This document shows, piece after piece, positions 20,791 to 29,317 of a stretch of DNA of 64,000 bases. The notes beneath the pieces were generated by a model. It saw only the letters and a list, made by a program, of their open reading frames with translations, did not search any database and was not told the DNA's origin. The translations under genes were made by a program, and so were the position numbers. Source of the stretch: an uncultured Gemmatimonadales bacterium (GTDB taxonomy: Bacteria > Gemmatimonadota > Gemmatimonadetes > Longimicrobiales > RSA9); assembly GCA_963741945.1 (NCBI GenBank), contig CAVUKA010000001.1:192001-256000 (forward strand), read 5' to 3'. The stretch's first letter is position 1. Each line of letters opens with the position of its first letter.

Positions 20791-21499
20791 CGTCCAGGAT
20801 CGCGGTCGCCACAGATTTTGCCGGTCCGAGATTGTGCGCGCTCACCGCGCTCTGCAGCCGCGAGATCTCGCCCGTGATCCGCTGGTCCAGCGACGCGTCG
20901 GCGAGCGTGACGTGGCTCTTCACCGCCGAGTAGCGCTGACGGAGCTCCGAGACTGCACTGTCTGCCTGCGACCACTGCCCTTCCTGCGCGTCGTAGATGA
21001 CGTCCCGACCTGCCACGTCCATGTACGCGACGTCGATGGGCACGCGCGTGGGGTACGCCTCCATCATGCCGTTGAGGGCGCGACTCATCCGGTTCGCCGA
21101 CGTGAGCGCCTGATTCCGCCGTTGTTGCTGGACCGCAGCCCGCAGCGTGTCGAGCGCCGTCGCATACGCGTCGAGATCGTTCTGCGCCGGGCCGGTCGCG
21201 GCGATGCGCGACTGCAGGTTTGCGAGCGTGTCCACTTTCCCGCTCGCGGCGGACCAGGAGCCGCCCGCGATGTCATCCTGGATGTCTTCCGCCGCGCTCT
21301 CCGCCTTCGACAGCACGTCCGGCATGCGCGCGGGCTGTCGTGCCGCTTGCGACCCCGCCGCGGTATTCGCCGGCGCGGACGTGGCGGCCGGTGACGCGGC
21401 GTTGTCGCTCGCGTTCTGATTGTTGGCCTGTCCGCCTCCGCCGCACGCCGCCGCACTGGCTACCGTGATCGTCATGAACAGGTTTGTCGCGCGCTTCAT
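20762..21499 (-). CDS. Hypothetical helical lipoprotein
   Basis: SAAAC lipobox, Ala/Asn linker, two similar helical halves. Confidence 0.75.
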   Translation of the reverse strand: MKRATNLFMTITVASAAACGGGGQANNQNASDNAASPAATSAPANTAAGSQAARQPARMPDVLSKAESAAEDIQDDIAGGSWSAASGKVDTLANLQSRIAATGPAQNDLDAYATALDTLRAAVQQQRRNQALTSANRMSRALNGMMEAYPTRVPIDVAYMDVAGRDVIYDAQEGQWSQADSAVSELRQRYSAVKSHVTLADASLDQRITGEISRLQSAVSAHNLGPAKSVATAILDDVDRIEQTY

Positions 21500-21761
21500 A
21501 TCCGTTCCATCTGCTCCGTCTGTTTGGCCCACGTTCGTGCTCCGGCCCTGCATGGTCCTGAGCGATGCAACGGCAAGACTTGTGACGCCGCTTTACCGCG
21601 TGCGCCGGCGACCGTGACCCCGCTCGCGACGCTGCTCGGACTCCTGCTCGGGGGTGTTGCCCGCCATGCCGGCTCACTCCGACAGCAGCGGCCCCGGGTC
21701 AGGTGATCGACTCACGATCTCCATGGCCCGTGGCCGCAGCCACGGACGCGGCCGGAATCCG

Positions 21762-22436
21762 TCAGCCGTTCTCGTGCTCCACCGACACCACCTGCCCGGA
21801 GCGCGCGTCCACGTTGACCTCCTGGATCCCGCTCTTCCCCGGCACCACGAACTCGAACGAGTAGATCAGGTGACCGTCCTCGTTCTCCAGCTCGCTCGCC
21901 TTCACCCGACTCCCCGCCGGAACCTTCTTCGCCGCGATGGACAGCGCCTGCGCCTCCGTGAGCCGCGCCTGCCGCCGCAGCGCCGCCTGCGCCGCCTCTG
22001 CCGCCTCCCCGTGCTCGCCAGCTTCCGCTGCTTCGCCGACTGCCTCGTGCTCGCCCGCCTCCGCCGCCTCAGCCCCCTCCCCGTGCTCGCCAGCCTCGGC
22101 CGCTTTGCCCATGGACTCGCGCTCGCCAGCTTCCGCCGCTTCCGCCGCCGGGCCCTCGTGCTCCACCGACAGCACCGCCCCGGTGTTCGCGTCCACGTGG
22201 ACCTCCTCGATCCCCGGCCGCCCCGGGACCACGATGTCGTACGAGTAGATCAGGCGGCCGCCCTCCCGCTCCAGCTCCTCCGACTTCACAGTGCCGCCCG
22301 GCACCCGGGCGCTGGCCGCCGCCCGGGCCTTCACCTCCGGCACCTTCGCGCTCCCGCCGGCCTCCTGCGCGCACGCCGGCGACGCCAGCGCCGCGGCCGC
22401 CATCATCGACAACGAAACTCTCAGTATCCGGTTCAT
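21762..22436 (-). CDS. Secreted protein with two PepSY domains and a Glu/His repeat linker
   Basis: ELEREGGRLIYSYDI...EVHVDANTGAVL and ELENEDGHLIYSFEF...EVNVDARSGQVV, GGAGG RBS. Confidence 0.9.
   Translation of the reverse strand: MNRILRVSLSMMAAAALASPACAQEAGGSAKVPEVKARAAASARVPGGTVKSEELEREGGRLIYSYDIVVPGRPGIEEVHVDANTGAVLSVEHEGPAAEAAEAGERESMGKAAEAGEHGEGAEAAEAGEHEAVGEAAEAGEHGEAAEAAQAALRRQARLTEAQALSIAAKKVPAGSRVKASELENEDGHLIYSFEFVVPGKSGIQEVNVDARSGQVVSVEHENG
21990..22150 (-). repeat. In-frame 36-nt tandem repeat (about 4.5 copies) encoding AEAAEAGEHGEG-like units
   Basis: AEAAEAGERESM/GKAAEAGEHGEG/AEAAEAGEHEAV/GEAAEAGEHGEA/AEAA. Confidence 0.85.
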
Positions 22437-22500
22437 GCCTGTTCCTCCCATGAATGGTCTGTCCAAGAACCGGTGACCTTTTCCGTCCGGTCACGAGAGA

Positions 22501-22536
22501 AAGGTAGCCGGCACATCCTCACAGCCCGTTAACAGC
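22501..22536 (-). promoter_or_regulatory. Candidate OmpR/PhoB-type tandem box and -10 element upstream of the PepSY-RND operon
   Basis: GCTGTTAA-cgg-GCTGTGAG with 11-bp periodicity, and TACCTT about 11 nt downstream. Confidence 0.4.
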
Positions 22537-22804
22537 GCCGGGGCGGGCACCACGCCCGTGTGGTGGTGGTGCTGAATCTCGGGGTGGAGCTGAAGGCGCG
22601 GGTGCCCGGACGGAGATGAGCGGGGAACGGCGGATCGCTGGTCTCCGCGCTTTCACCCTGACCGGTCGGTCCCATGGAGGCGCTCCGGTCCGAATGGCGG
22701 GGACCGCCGGCCGCACCCGCGGAACGCGTCGGGTGCGGACACAACCGTTGGGCCGCCGCCGCTGTCCAACGTTTCGAGGTCCAATCCTCCTGACCAGGTT
22801 CCTG

Positions 22805-25324
22805 ATGGCCAACATCAAGGTCGCGTTCCGGAAGCTCCTGAGCACGCCGTTCATCACGGTTGTCGCCATCCTCTCGCTGGCGCTGGGTATCGGCGCCAAC
22901 GCGGCGATCTTCTCCATCTTCCACGAGGTTCTGCTGCGACCGCTCCCGGTGTCGGAGCCGGGCCGGCTGGTGAACCTCGAGGCGCCGGGGCCCAAGCCGG
23001 GGGGGAGCGCGTGCAACGGGGCCGGGGGCTGCGACGTGGTCCTCAGCTACCCCATGTTCCGGGACCTCCAGGCCGCCGAGGGCACGGGGCTCAGCGGGGT
23101 GGCCGGGCACCGCCTGTTCGGCGCGAACATCGTCCAGGGTGACCGTACAGAGGATGGGGCCGGGATGATGGTCTCCGGGTCGTACTTCCCGCTGCTGGGG
23201 CTGCGGCCCGCCCTGGGCCGCCTGTTCCAGCCCGCGGACGACGCGGTCATCGGGGAGAGCCCGCTGGCGGTCCTGAGCTACGGCTTCTGGCAGGACCGCG
23301 TGGGCGGGGACCCCGGCGTGCTGAACCGTACCATCATGGTGAACGGGGCCAGCATGACGGTGGTGGGAGTGGCGCCCCGGGGCTTCGCGGGGACCACGCT
23401 GGGCGCCGAGCCGGACGTATTCGTGCCGCTGAGCATGCGGGGCGCGATGGAGCGGTGGCGGGGAGATCGGGAGAACCATGACCTTGAGAATCGGCGGTCG
23501 TACTGGATCTACGCGTTCGGGCGGCTGGCGCCGGGCGTATCGCTGGAGCAGGCGGACGCCCGACTGAACCGGGTCTACTCGTCCATCCTCAATGAGGTGG
23601 AGGCGCCGCTCCAGGAGGGGATGAGCGAGCAGACGCTGGCCCAGTTCCGGGAAAAGCGGCTGGTGGTGGAGCCCGGAGAGAGAGGTCAGAGCTCCGTCCG
23701 CGAGGAGGTACGCAACCCCCTGCTGCTGCTGCTGGGGATCACCGGGCTGGTCCTGCTGATCGCGTGCGCCAACATCGCGAACCTCCTGCTGGCCCGGGGC
23801 GCCAACCGGAGCACGGAGATGGCGGTCCGAAGCTCCATGGGCGCCACCCGGGGCCAGCTCCTGCGGCAGCTCCTGGTGGAGGCCATGATGCTCGCCGCGG
23901 TGGGCGGTGCAGCGGGTCTCGCCGTGGCGCGTGTGACGCTGGTGGGGATCGGGAGCCTGATCCACATGCCTGCCGATGAGGCGGTGCTCCTGGACCCCCA
24001 CCTCAGCCCTATGGTGCTGGCCTTCACCTCCCTCGTGGCGCTGGGAACGGGCGTCCTCTTCGGGCTCTACCCGGCCTGGTACGCCACCCGGACCGACCTG
24101 GTCTCGTCGCTGAAGAGCGGGACCGGCCAGGCCGCCGGGTCGCGCACGGCCGTCCGGTTCCGGACCGGACTGGTCACCGTCCAGATCGCCCTCTCCATGA
24201 CCATGCTGGTGGCCGCCGGGCTGTTCATCAAGAGCCTGGCCAACATCAGCCGCGTGGACCTGGGGCTCCGGACCGACAACGTGGCCACGTTCAGCATCGC
24301 GCCGCTGTTGAACGACTATGAGCCGGAGCGGTCGGCGGTCCTGTTCGAGCGGCTGCGGGAGGAGCTGGCGGCGCAGCCGGGCGTGTCGGCGGTGACCTCG
24401 GCCCTGGTGCCGGTCCTGGAAGGGAGCGCCTGGGCGGCGCGCGTGGCGGTTCAAGGATTCCAGGAGGGCCCGGACGTCGACGATGTGTCCTTCTTCAACG
24501 AGGTGGGGCCGGGGTACCTGAATGGTTTGGGCATCCCGCTGATTGCTGGCCGGGAATTCGATCAGCGGGATGGCCCCGATGCGCCGAACGTGGCAATCGT
24601 CAACGAGGCGTTCGCCGAGAAGTTCGGCCTCTCGCGGGGCGAGGTGGTTGGCTCGTTCATGGCGATGAACGGCGATTCGCTGGACATCGAGATCATCGGG
24701 CTGGCCCAGAACGCCAAATACAACAGTGTGAAAGACGAAGTCCCGCCCCTCTTCTTCACCCCACACCGGCAGGATGCACGCCTGGGGATCCTCAATTTCT
24801 ATGTCCGGACGGCCGGCGACCCCGGCCCGATCCTCCGCGCCATCCCGGACGTGGTGCGACGCCTCGATTCCAACCTTCCGGTGTCGAACCTCAAGACACT
24901 GGAACAGCAGGCCGTGGAGAGCGTGGCCATGGACCGGTTGATCAGCATCCTGACCACGTCGTTCGCCGTCCTGGCCACGCTCCTGGCCGCCATCGGACTC
25001 TACGGCGTGCTGGCCTATACCGTGACCCGGCGTACCCGGGAGATCGGGCTCCGCATGGCGCTGGGCGCCGACACCCCACGGGTGCGCCGGCTGGTGCTGC
25101 GGCAGGTGGGCGTCATGTTCGCGCTGGGCGGCGGGATGGGCCTCGCGGCCGCCCTGATGCTGGGACGTGCCGCCGGGTCGCTCCTCTACCAGCTCGATGG
25201 CTACGACCCCGGGGTCGCCGCGTCGGCCGCCGTACTCCTGGCCATGGTGGCGTTCGGCGCCGGCTACGTACCGGCGTTCCGGGCGTCCCGGGTCGATCCC
25301 ATGGAGGCGCTCCGGCACGAGTAG
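22805..25324 (+). CDS. Duplicated MacB/FtsX-type ABC permease (ADOP-like orphan)
   Basis: LALGIGANAAIFS, LLIACANIANLLLAR, GLYGVLAYTVTRRTREIGLRMALGA, RASRVDPMEALRHE. Confidence 0.95.
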   Translation: MANIKVAFRKLLSTPFITVVAILSLALGIGANAAIFSIFHEVLLRPLPVSEPGRLVNLEAPGPKPGGSACNGAGGCDVVLSYPMFRDLQAAEGTGLSGVAGHRLFGANIVQGDRTEDGAGMMVSGSYFPLLGLRPALGRLFQPADDAVIGESPLAVLSYGFWQDRVGGDPGVLNRTIMVNGASMTVVGVAPRGFAGTTLGAEPDVFVPLSMRGAMERWRGDRENHDLENRRSYWIYAFGRLAPGVSLEQADARLNRVYSSILNEVEAPLQEGMSEQTLAQFREKRLVVEPGERGQSSVREEVRNPLLLLLGITGLVLLIACANIANLLLARGANRSTEMAVRSSMGATRGQLLRQLLVEAMMLAAVGGAAGLAVARVTLVGIGSLIHMPADEAVLLDPHLSPMVLAFTSLVALGTGVLFGLYPAWYATRTDLVSSLKSGTGQAAGSRTAVRFRTGLVTVQIALSMTMLVAAGLFIKSLANISRVDLGLRTDNVATFSIAPLLNDYEPERSAVLFERLREELAAQPGVSAVTSALVPVLEGSAWAARVAVQGFQEGPDVDDVSFFNEVGPGYLNGLGIPLIAGREFDQRDGPDAPNVAIVNEAFAEKFGLSRGEVVGSFMAMNGDSLDIEIIGLAQNAKYNSVKDEVPPLFFTPHRQDARLGILNFYVRTAGDPGPILRAIPDVVRRLDSNLPVSNLKTLEQQAVESVAMDRLISILTTSFAVLATLLAAIGLYGVLAYTVTRRTREIGLRMALGADTPRVRRLVLRQVGVMFALGGGMGLAAALMLGRAAGSLLYQLDGYDPGVAASAAVLLAMVAFGAGYVPAFRASRVDPMEALRHE

Positions 25325-25578
25325 CGGGGCCCGCCGGTCTGACCTTGCACCGTCAACGACCCGCCGGGACATTGATGGGATGGCGAGGAGTTCTCCCGGA
25401 CGCCCCGGACTTCGGCGTCCTAGCCTACGAAGTGGGCGTCGAACAGGGAGAGTTGGAGCTCGCCGGCCAGCGCATCGAGATCAATCAGCGGGCCCGCAGT
25501 GGCCCGGGTCCGGGCTCGTCACGCTGAAGGCGGGGTCGCCGATCGCGTCGAGGTCATCGATCGTCACGCGCCCGGTGT

Positions 25579-25815
25579 CCACCCGCATGCCAGAGCCGAG
25601 CCGAGCCGAAAGATGGTTCGCTGTAGCGAAGCGGGCGCAAGTACGGGCAAGCAGACGCCGACTCCCGGCCCGCACCTGTGCCTTTGAGGGCGCGGACGGC
25701 CGATGCCGCCCCGCGTGTTGGTGCCCGCCCATGTGAGCAGTCGAGCCGGAGCGCCCGGTTGCCTGCAGAGCGCAGCGGGCGCAAGACCCCCGGCAAGCGG
25801 AGGCCGACTCCCGCG
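25579..25815. repeat. About 1.6 tandem copies of a ~146-bp non-coding repeat
   Basis: AGCGAAGCGGGCGCAAGTACGGGCAAGCAGACGCCGACTCCCG (25625) recurs as AGCGCAGCGGGCGCAAGACCCCCGGCAAGCGGAGGCCGACTCCCG (25769). Homologous to 31322-31480. Confidence 0.8.
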
Positions 25816-25949
25816 TCACTGCGCCGCCCCAGGCCTGCGCTGGAAACGGCTCGGACTGCGCCAGAACGTTTGGGACCTGATCGAACGCCACGGCGTCGTC
25901 CTTTGTCGTGGCCGGGCCGGCGCTCCTGGTCCGCTCCCAGCCGACCGGA

Positions 25950-25997
25950 TTGCCGCCGGAGGCTGCCGATAGTATCGTTGTATACGATGAGTGATAC
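25950..25997 (+). promoter_or_regulatory. Probable promoter and autoregulatory operator of the MNT-HEPN module
   Basis: TTGCCG-17 nt-TATCGT close to the ATG with no SD. Inverted repeats ATCGT..ACGAT and GTATC..GATAC overlap the start. Confidence 0.5.
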
Positions 25998-26559
25998 CAA
26001 TGAACCGGAAGGCCTCCCCTCAGGACGGTTCGTGCTCCGGATCGCGCCGCGGCTGCACGCGCGGCTGCGGCGAGAGGCGGCGGAGGCCGGGATGTCGCTG
26101 AACGAATACTGCGCGCGGAAGCTGAAGGCGTCGGGGCCTGGAGGCGAGGGGCCTGCGTGGGAGGTGGTGGAGGCGACGCGGGACGTGTTCGGCCGGGAGC
26201 TGGTCGGGGTTGTGGCGTACGGTTCGTGGGCGCGAGGGGAAGCGATGGACGCGTCGGACCTGGACGTGCTGCTGGTGTTGGAGCCCGGAGCGGAAGTGAC
26301 GCGGGAGCGGTATCGGTGCTGGGACGCGGCGGCGCCGGCTCGGGAGGGGCGGATGGTGGAAGCCCACATCGTGGCGCTGCCTTCGGAAGTGGAGCGTTTG
26401 ACGGGATTGTGGGCGGAGGTCGCCGTGGACGGCGTGGTGCTGTTCGAGGTCGAGCATCGGCTGTCGCGTTACCTGTCCAAGGTGCGCAGGAGATTGCTGG
26501 AGGGTGAGCTGGTGCGCCGGGAGTCACACGGGCAGCCGTACTGGACGGAGGTGGCGTGA
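25987..26559 (+). CDS. HicB-like RHH domain fused to a minimal nucleotidyltransferase (MNT) antitoxin
   Basis: SGRFVLRIAPRLHARLRREAAEAGMSLNEY plus YGSWARGEAMDASDLDVLLV (GS-x10-DxD). Confidence 0.9.
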   Translation: MSDTNEPEGLPSGRFVLRIAPRLHARLRREAAEAGMSLNEYCARKLKASGPGGEGPAWEVVEATRDVFGRELVGVVAYGSWARGEAMDASDLDVLLVLEPGAEVTRERYRCWDAAAPAREGRMVEAHIVALPSEVERLTGLWAEVAVDGVVLFEVEHRLSRYLSKVRRRLLEGELVRRESHGQPYWTEVA

Positions 26560-26969
26560 TGCACAACCCGGATCTGGCGGCGGACTACATCCAACGCGCG
26601 GCGGTCCGTCTGGACGCCGTGGCCGTGCTGTTCGCGGCGGAGAGCTGGGCGGACGTGGTGCGGGAGTCGCAGGAAGTGGTGGAGCTGGCGTTGAAGGCGC
26701 TGCTGCGCTCGTGCGGGATCGAGCCGCCGCGCATCCACGACGTGTCGGAAGTCCTGCTGCGGGAGGCATCGCGTCTGCCGGAGAGAGTGCGGGGGGAGTT
26801 GGAGCGGCTGGTGGCGACGTCGCGTGAGCTGCGGCGGGACCGGGAGCTGGCATTCTACGGCGCGGAGGATCTCACGCCGTCGGGGTTCTACGGGCGGCCC
26901 GACGCCGAGCGGGCGCTGGAGGGGGCGCGGCACACGGTGGCGGTGGTGCGGGATGGGATGCCGGCGTGA
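26559..26969 (+). CDS. HEPN domain protein (putative toxin)
   Basis: SQEVVELALKALL, PPRIHDV, RELAFYG, coupled to the MNT stop. Confidence 0.9.
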   Translation: MHNPDLAADYIQRAAVRLDAVAVLFAAESWADVVRESQEVVELALKALLRSCGIEPPRIHDVSEVLLREASRLPERVRGELERLVATSRELRRDRELAFYGAEDLTPSGFYGRPDAERALEGARHTVAVVRDGMPA

Positions 26970-27119
26970 GCGCGGCGGCGCCATCGCCGGTCGATCGCGC
27001 GGGCCAAGCTTTCGATCCCCTTCGCGTCTCGCCCGACAACCGGCGGTTGGTCGCTCATGCCTGTGTGGCCGGGGCGGCGCTGTGTCGAGCCTGAACCGGC
27101 GTCGTACGATACCGGGTCG

Positions 27120-27523
27120 TTAGGGCGTGGCCTCCACCACCTCACCGGAAGGCGTCGGTGACGTGCCGGCCCTCATCTCCTCCTTCGTGGAGCACACCAC
27201 CCTTTGCCCAACCACCGTCAGGGCGAAATCGAGACCGACATCACGCCCGAGGCCGAATCTGACCGGGACACCGAGCCGCCCCTGGCCTCGTTCCACTTCG
27301 GAGGATTCTCCACGGGCGCTAAGAAGCCTTCCCATGCCGGCAGCCTCTGGGCCCGGAGGAACGGCGACAGCGACTCCACCTGGCCGCAGACGTGGTCTTC
27401 CGGGTCGACCACCACCGTGGTCACGTCGATCCACTGCCCCAGCGCGGCATCCCAGTGCAGGAGCCGGAGCAGGTTCTGGTCCTGGAAGCTGACGCCCGAG
27501 TAGTCGATGCAGATCTCTTCAAC
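27120..27523 (-). pseudogene. Frameshifted C-terminal fragment of a surface protein with a PxKF-like domain
   Basis: ICIDYSGVSF..LRLLHW..WIDVT..VCGQVESLSPF, then GFLAPVENPPKWNEARGGS, a frameshift near 27275, then VPVRFGLGRDVGLD. Confidence 0.7.
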
Positions 27524-27526
27524 GCC

Positions 27527-28147
27527 ATGATGAAACAGGACAGCCGGACCGCTGGGAGGGCCCCGACGCGCGCTCAGCCCTCCACACGCAACGCCCCACT
27601 GGCCGTGGCGCTGGCGCTCGCCCTGGCGTGGACGGCCTCGTGCCACGAACCCGAGACGGGCGGCCGGCGGACCGCCACAACCTCGGGCACGGCCGCCTCG
27701 GGCGCGGCAGGGTCAGGCGCGACCACGTCTGGCGTCGACCGGGCCGACAGCGCGGGCGCTTCCGCTTCCAACCGCTCCGGGGACGCGGACTCCGCCGCCG
27801 CCGTCATCCGCCGCTACTACGCCGCCATCGCCGCCGGGCGGTACCGCGAAGCGTACGACCTGTGGGGCGACGGGGGTCGGAACAGCGGGCAGACGTTCGA
27901 TGCGTTCAGCGCGGGTTTCCGACACACCGCCCGGGTGAGCGTGGCCATCGGCGCCCCCGGGCGGGTGGAGGGGGCCGCGGGGTCGCGCTACGTGGAGATC
28001 CCCGTGGTGGTTCGCGCGCTCACGGATTCGGGGGTGCGGCAGCGGTTCGAGGGCACGTACACGCTGCGGCGTGCGGTGATCGAGGGTGCGAGCGCGGCGG
28101 ACCGCCGCTGGCACCTGTATGCCGGCCAGCTGGAGGCAGCGCGCTGA
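27527..28147 (+). CDS. Hypothetical lipoprotein
   Basis: WTASC lipobox, AAAVIRRYYAAI...GRVEGAAGSRYVEIPV domain. Confidence 0.8.
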   Translation: MMKQDSRTAGRAPTRAQPSTRNAPLAVALALALAWTASCHEPETGGRRTATTSGTAASGAAGSGATTSGVDRADSAGASASNRSGDADSAAAVIRRYYAAIAAGRYREAYDLWGDGGRNSGQTFDAFSAGFRHTARVSVAIGAPGRVEGAAGSRYVEIPVVVRALTDSGVRQRFEGTYTLRRAVIEGASAADRRWHLYAGQLEAAR

Positions 28148-28156
28148 GGTGGAGCG

Positions 28157-28590
28157 TCACCCCCAGGCGTCCAGGAGGCGCCGCACCAGCACGATCTGGC
28201 CGACGTGGTAGGCCGTATGATCCACCACCAGGAGAAGCTCCCGGACGTGAGTCTGCCCGGACCCCCACGGCACGGTGGCGAACAGGTCGAACGCGGGGTC
28301 GAGGACCAGCGCCTTGAACGCGTCCACGTCGGCGCGATACGCAGCGATGCTCTCCTCCCACGCCGCATCGGACGCGGGCACCGGCGAGGCGGGCCACTAG
28401 TCGCCGCGCCAGCTGGGCTCGCGCTAGTCCGAGTCGCGGCAGAAGTCCAGGATGTCGCGCTGGGCCTGGCGGATGTACTCCATCAGCTCCCACACGGGGT
28501 GCGGTGAGCCCCGGGGCCGCTCGTCGCGGAGCGCGGCCGGGAGGTCGGCGACGGCCGAATCGCAGCGCGCGTTCGCTTCCTGCCAGTCTC
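28157..28590 (-). pseudogene. DinB-family protein, decayed (two in-frame TAG, 5' end lost)
   Basis: WELMEYIRQAQRDILDFCRDSD*REPSWRGD*WP...RELLLVVDHTAYHVGQIVLVRRLL. Confidence 0.85.
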
Positions 28591-28624
28591 CGGCACTCGC
28601 CCCTGAGATCGATCTGCTCCGAAA

Positions 28625-28810
28625 GAGCAGGCCGTAGATATGCTCGCCGCCTTCGGTGATGAGCTCCACATGTCCTGGCTCGCTCCAGAGCTGGAGCGCG
28701 AGGATGCCATGGACGCGCTCCAGGCACTGCGCGATCTCGCTTCATCCGACGAGCTAGTTACAGACGACGGGCTCCGCCATCTGATCGACCGCCTCCACGA
28801 ACGCGGCTGA
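28625..28810 (+). pseudogene. C-terminal gene fragment paralogous to 32900-33142
   Basis: EQAVDMLAAFGDELHMSWLAPELEREDAMDALQALRDLASS versus EQAIDMIAAFGDDLDTSWLGPELEREDSMDALEALRQLASS. Confidence 0.8.
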
Positions 28811-28904
28811 ACCGGGAATGTGGGCGAGACGATCTCCACGGCGGCCCGCGCGGATCGGTTGGTAGATCCCGGACGGGTCCGAAATCCGCTTCTCCGGCGT
28901 CCGG

Positions 28905-29297
28905 TCAGGCGCCTGGCGCGGCTTTGTCGGGGGCGCTGAGCGACAGGACGTAGGCGGCCAGATCGGCGATCTCGGTGTCGGTCAGGGTGGCGCCGCCCAT
29001 GGCTGGCATGGGGGCCGGGTGGCGGACGGGTCTGGGCACGCCGGTCCGGATGAGGGCCTCCACCTGCTCCCGGGTGGGGCGGGCGTCGAAGTGGAGCCAG
29101 GCGTCGTCCGTGAGGTCGGGGGCCAGCGGCGTCCCCTTGCCGTCGGCGCGGTGGCAGGAGAAGCAGGCGCCCTTCCCCTTGAACAGCGCCTGCCCAGCGG
29201 CGGGGTCGGGTTCCTGTCCGCGGGCGGCGGCCGGGAGGATCGCCAGAGCGGCGAGGGTGAAAGCCAGCGCCGGAATCGTGGGGGTCGCGCGTTGCAT
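28905..29297 (-). CDS. Periplasmic monoheme class I cytochrome c
   Basis: GGAG RBS, signal peptide, CFSCH, APDLTD, MPAMG distal Met, AAYVLSL. Confidence 0.92.
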   Translation of the reverse strand: MQRATPTIPALAFTLAALAILPAAARGQEPDPAAGQALFKGKGACFSCHRADGKGTPLAPDLTDDAWLHFDARPTREQVEALIRTGVPRPVRHPAPMPAMGGATLTDTEIADLAAYVLSLSAPDKAAPGA

Positions 29298-29317
29298 GAT
29301 CTCCTCCGTGTCGTCGC

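Noticed and set aside
22529-25372. Long antisense or alternate-frame ORFs (this 947-aa one, also 33884-35836 +, 53411-55423 +, 56222-58159 + and others)
   Set aside because: These are shadow ORFs opposite motif-bearing genes, expected in high-GC DNA, and they carry no recognisable motifs.
25345-25560. Short ORFs after the permease, and NVWDLIERHGVVL near 25865-25905
   Set aside because: They may be further gene remnants, but they are too short to assign.
25579-25815. The 145-bp repeat as a CRISPR array or integron attC
   Set aside because: There is no short repeat/unique spacer pattern, no cas or intI gene, and no RYYYAAC...GTTRRRY boundaries.
28397-28426. TAG readthrough or recoding in DinB
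   Set aside because: TAG ends many intact genes here (12991, 15220, 25324). The gene also lacks its 5' end and shows other decay.
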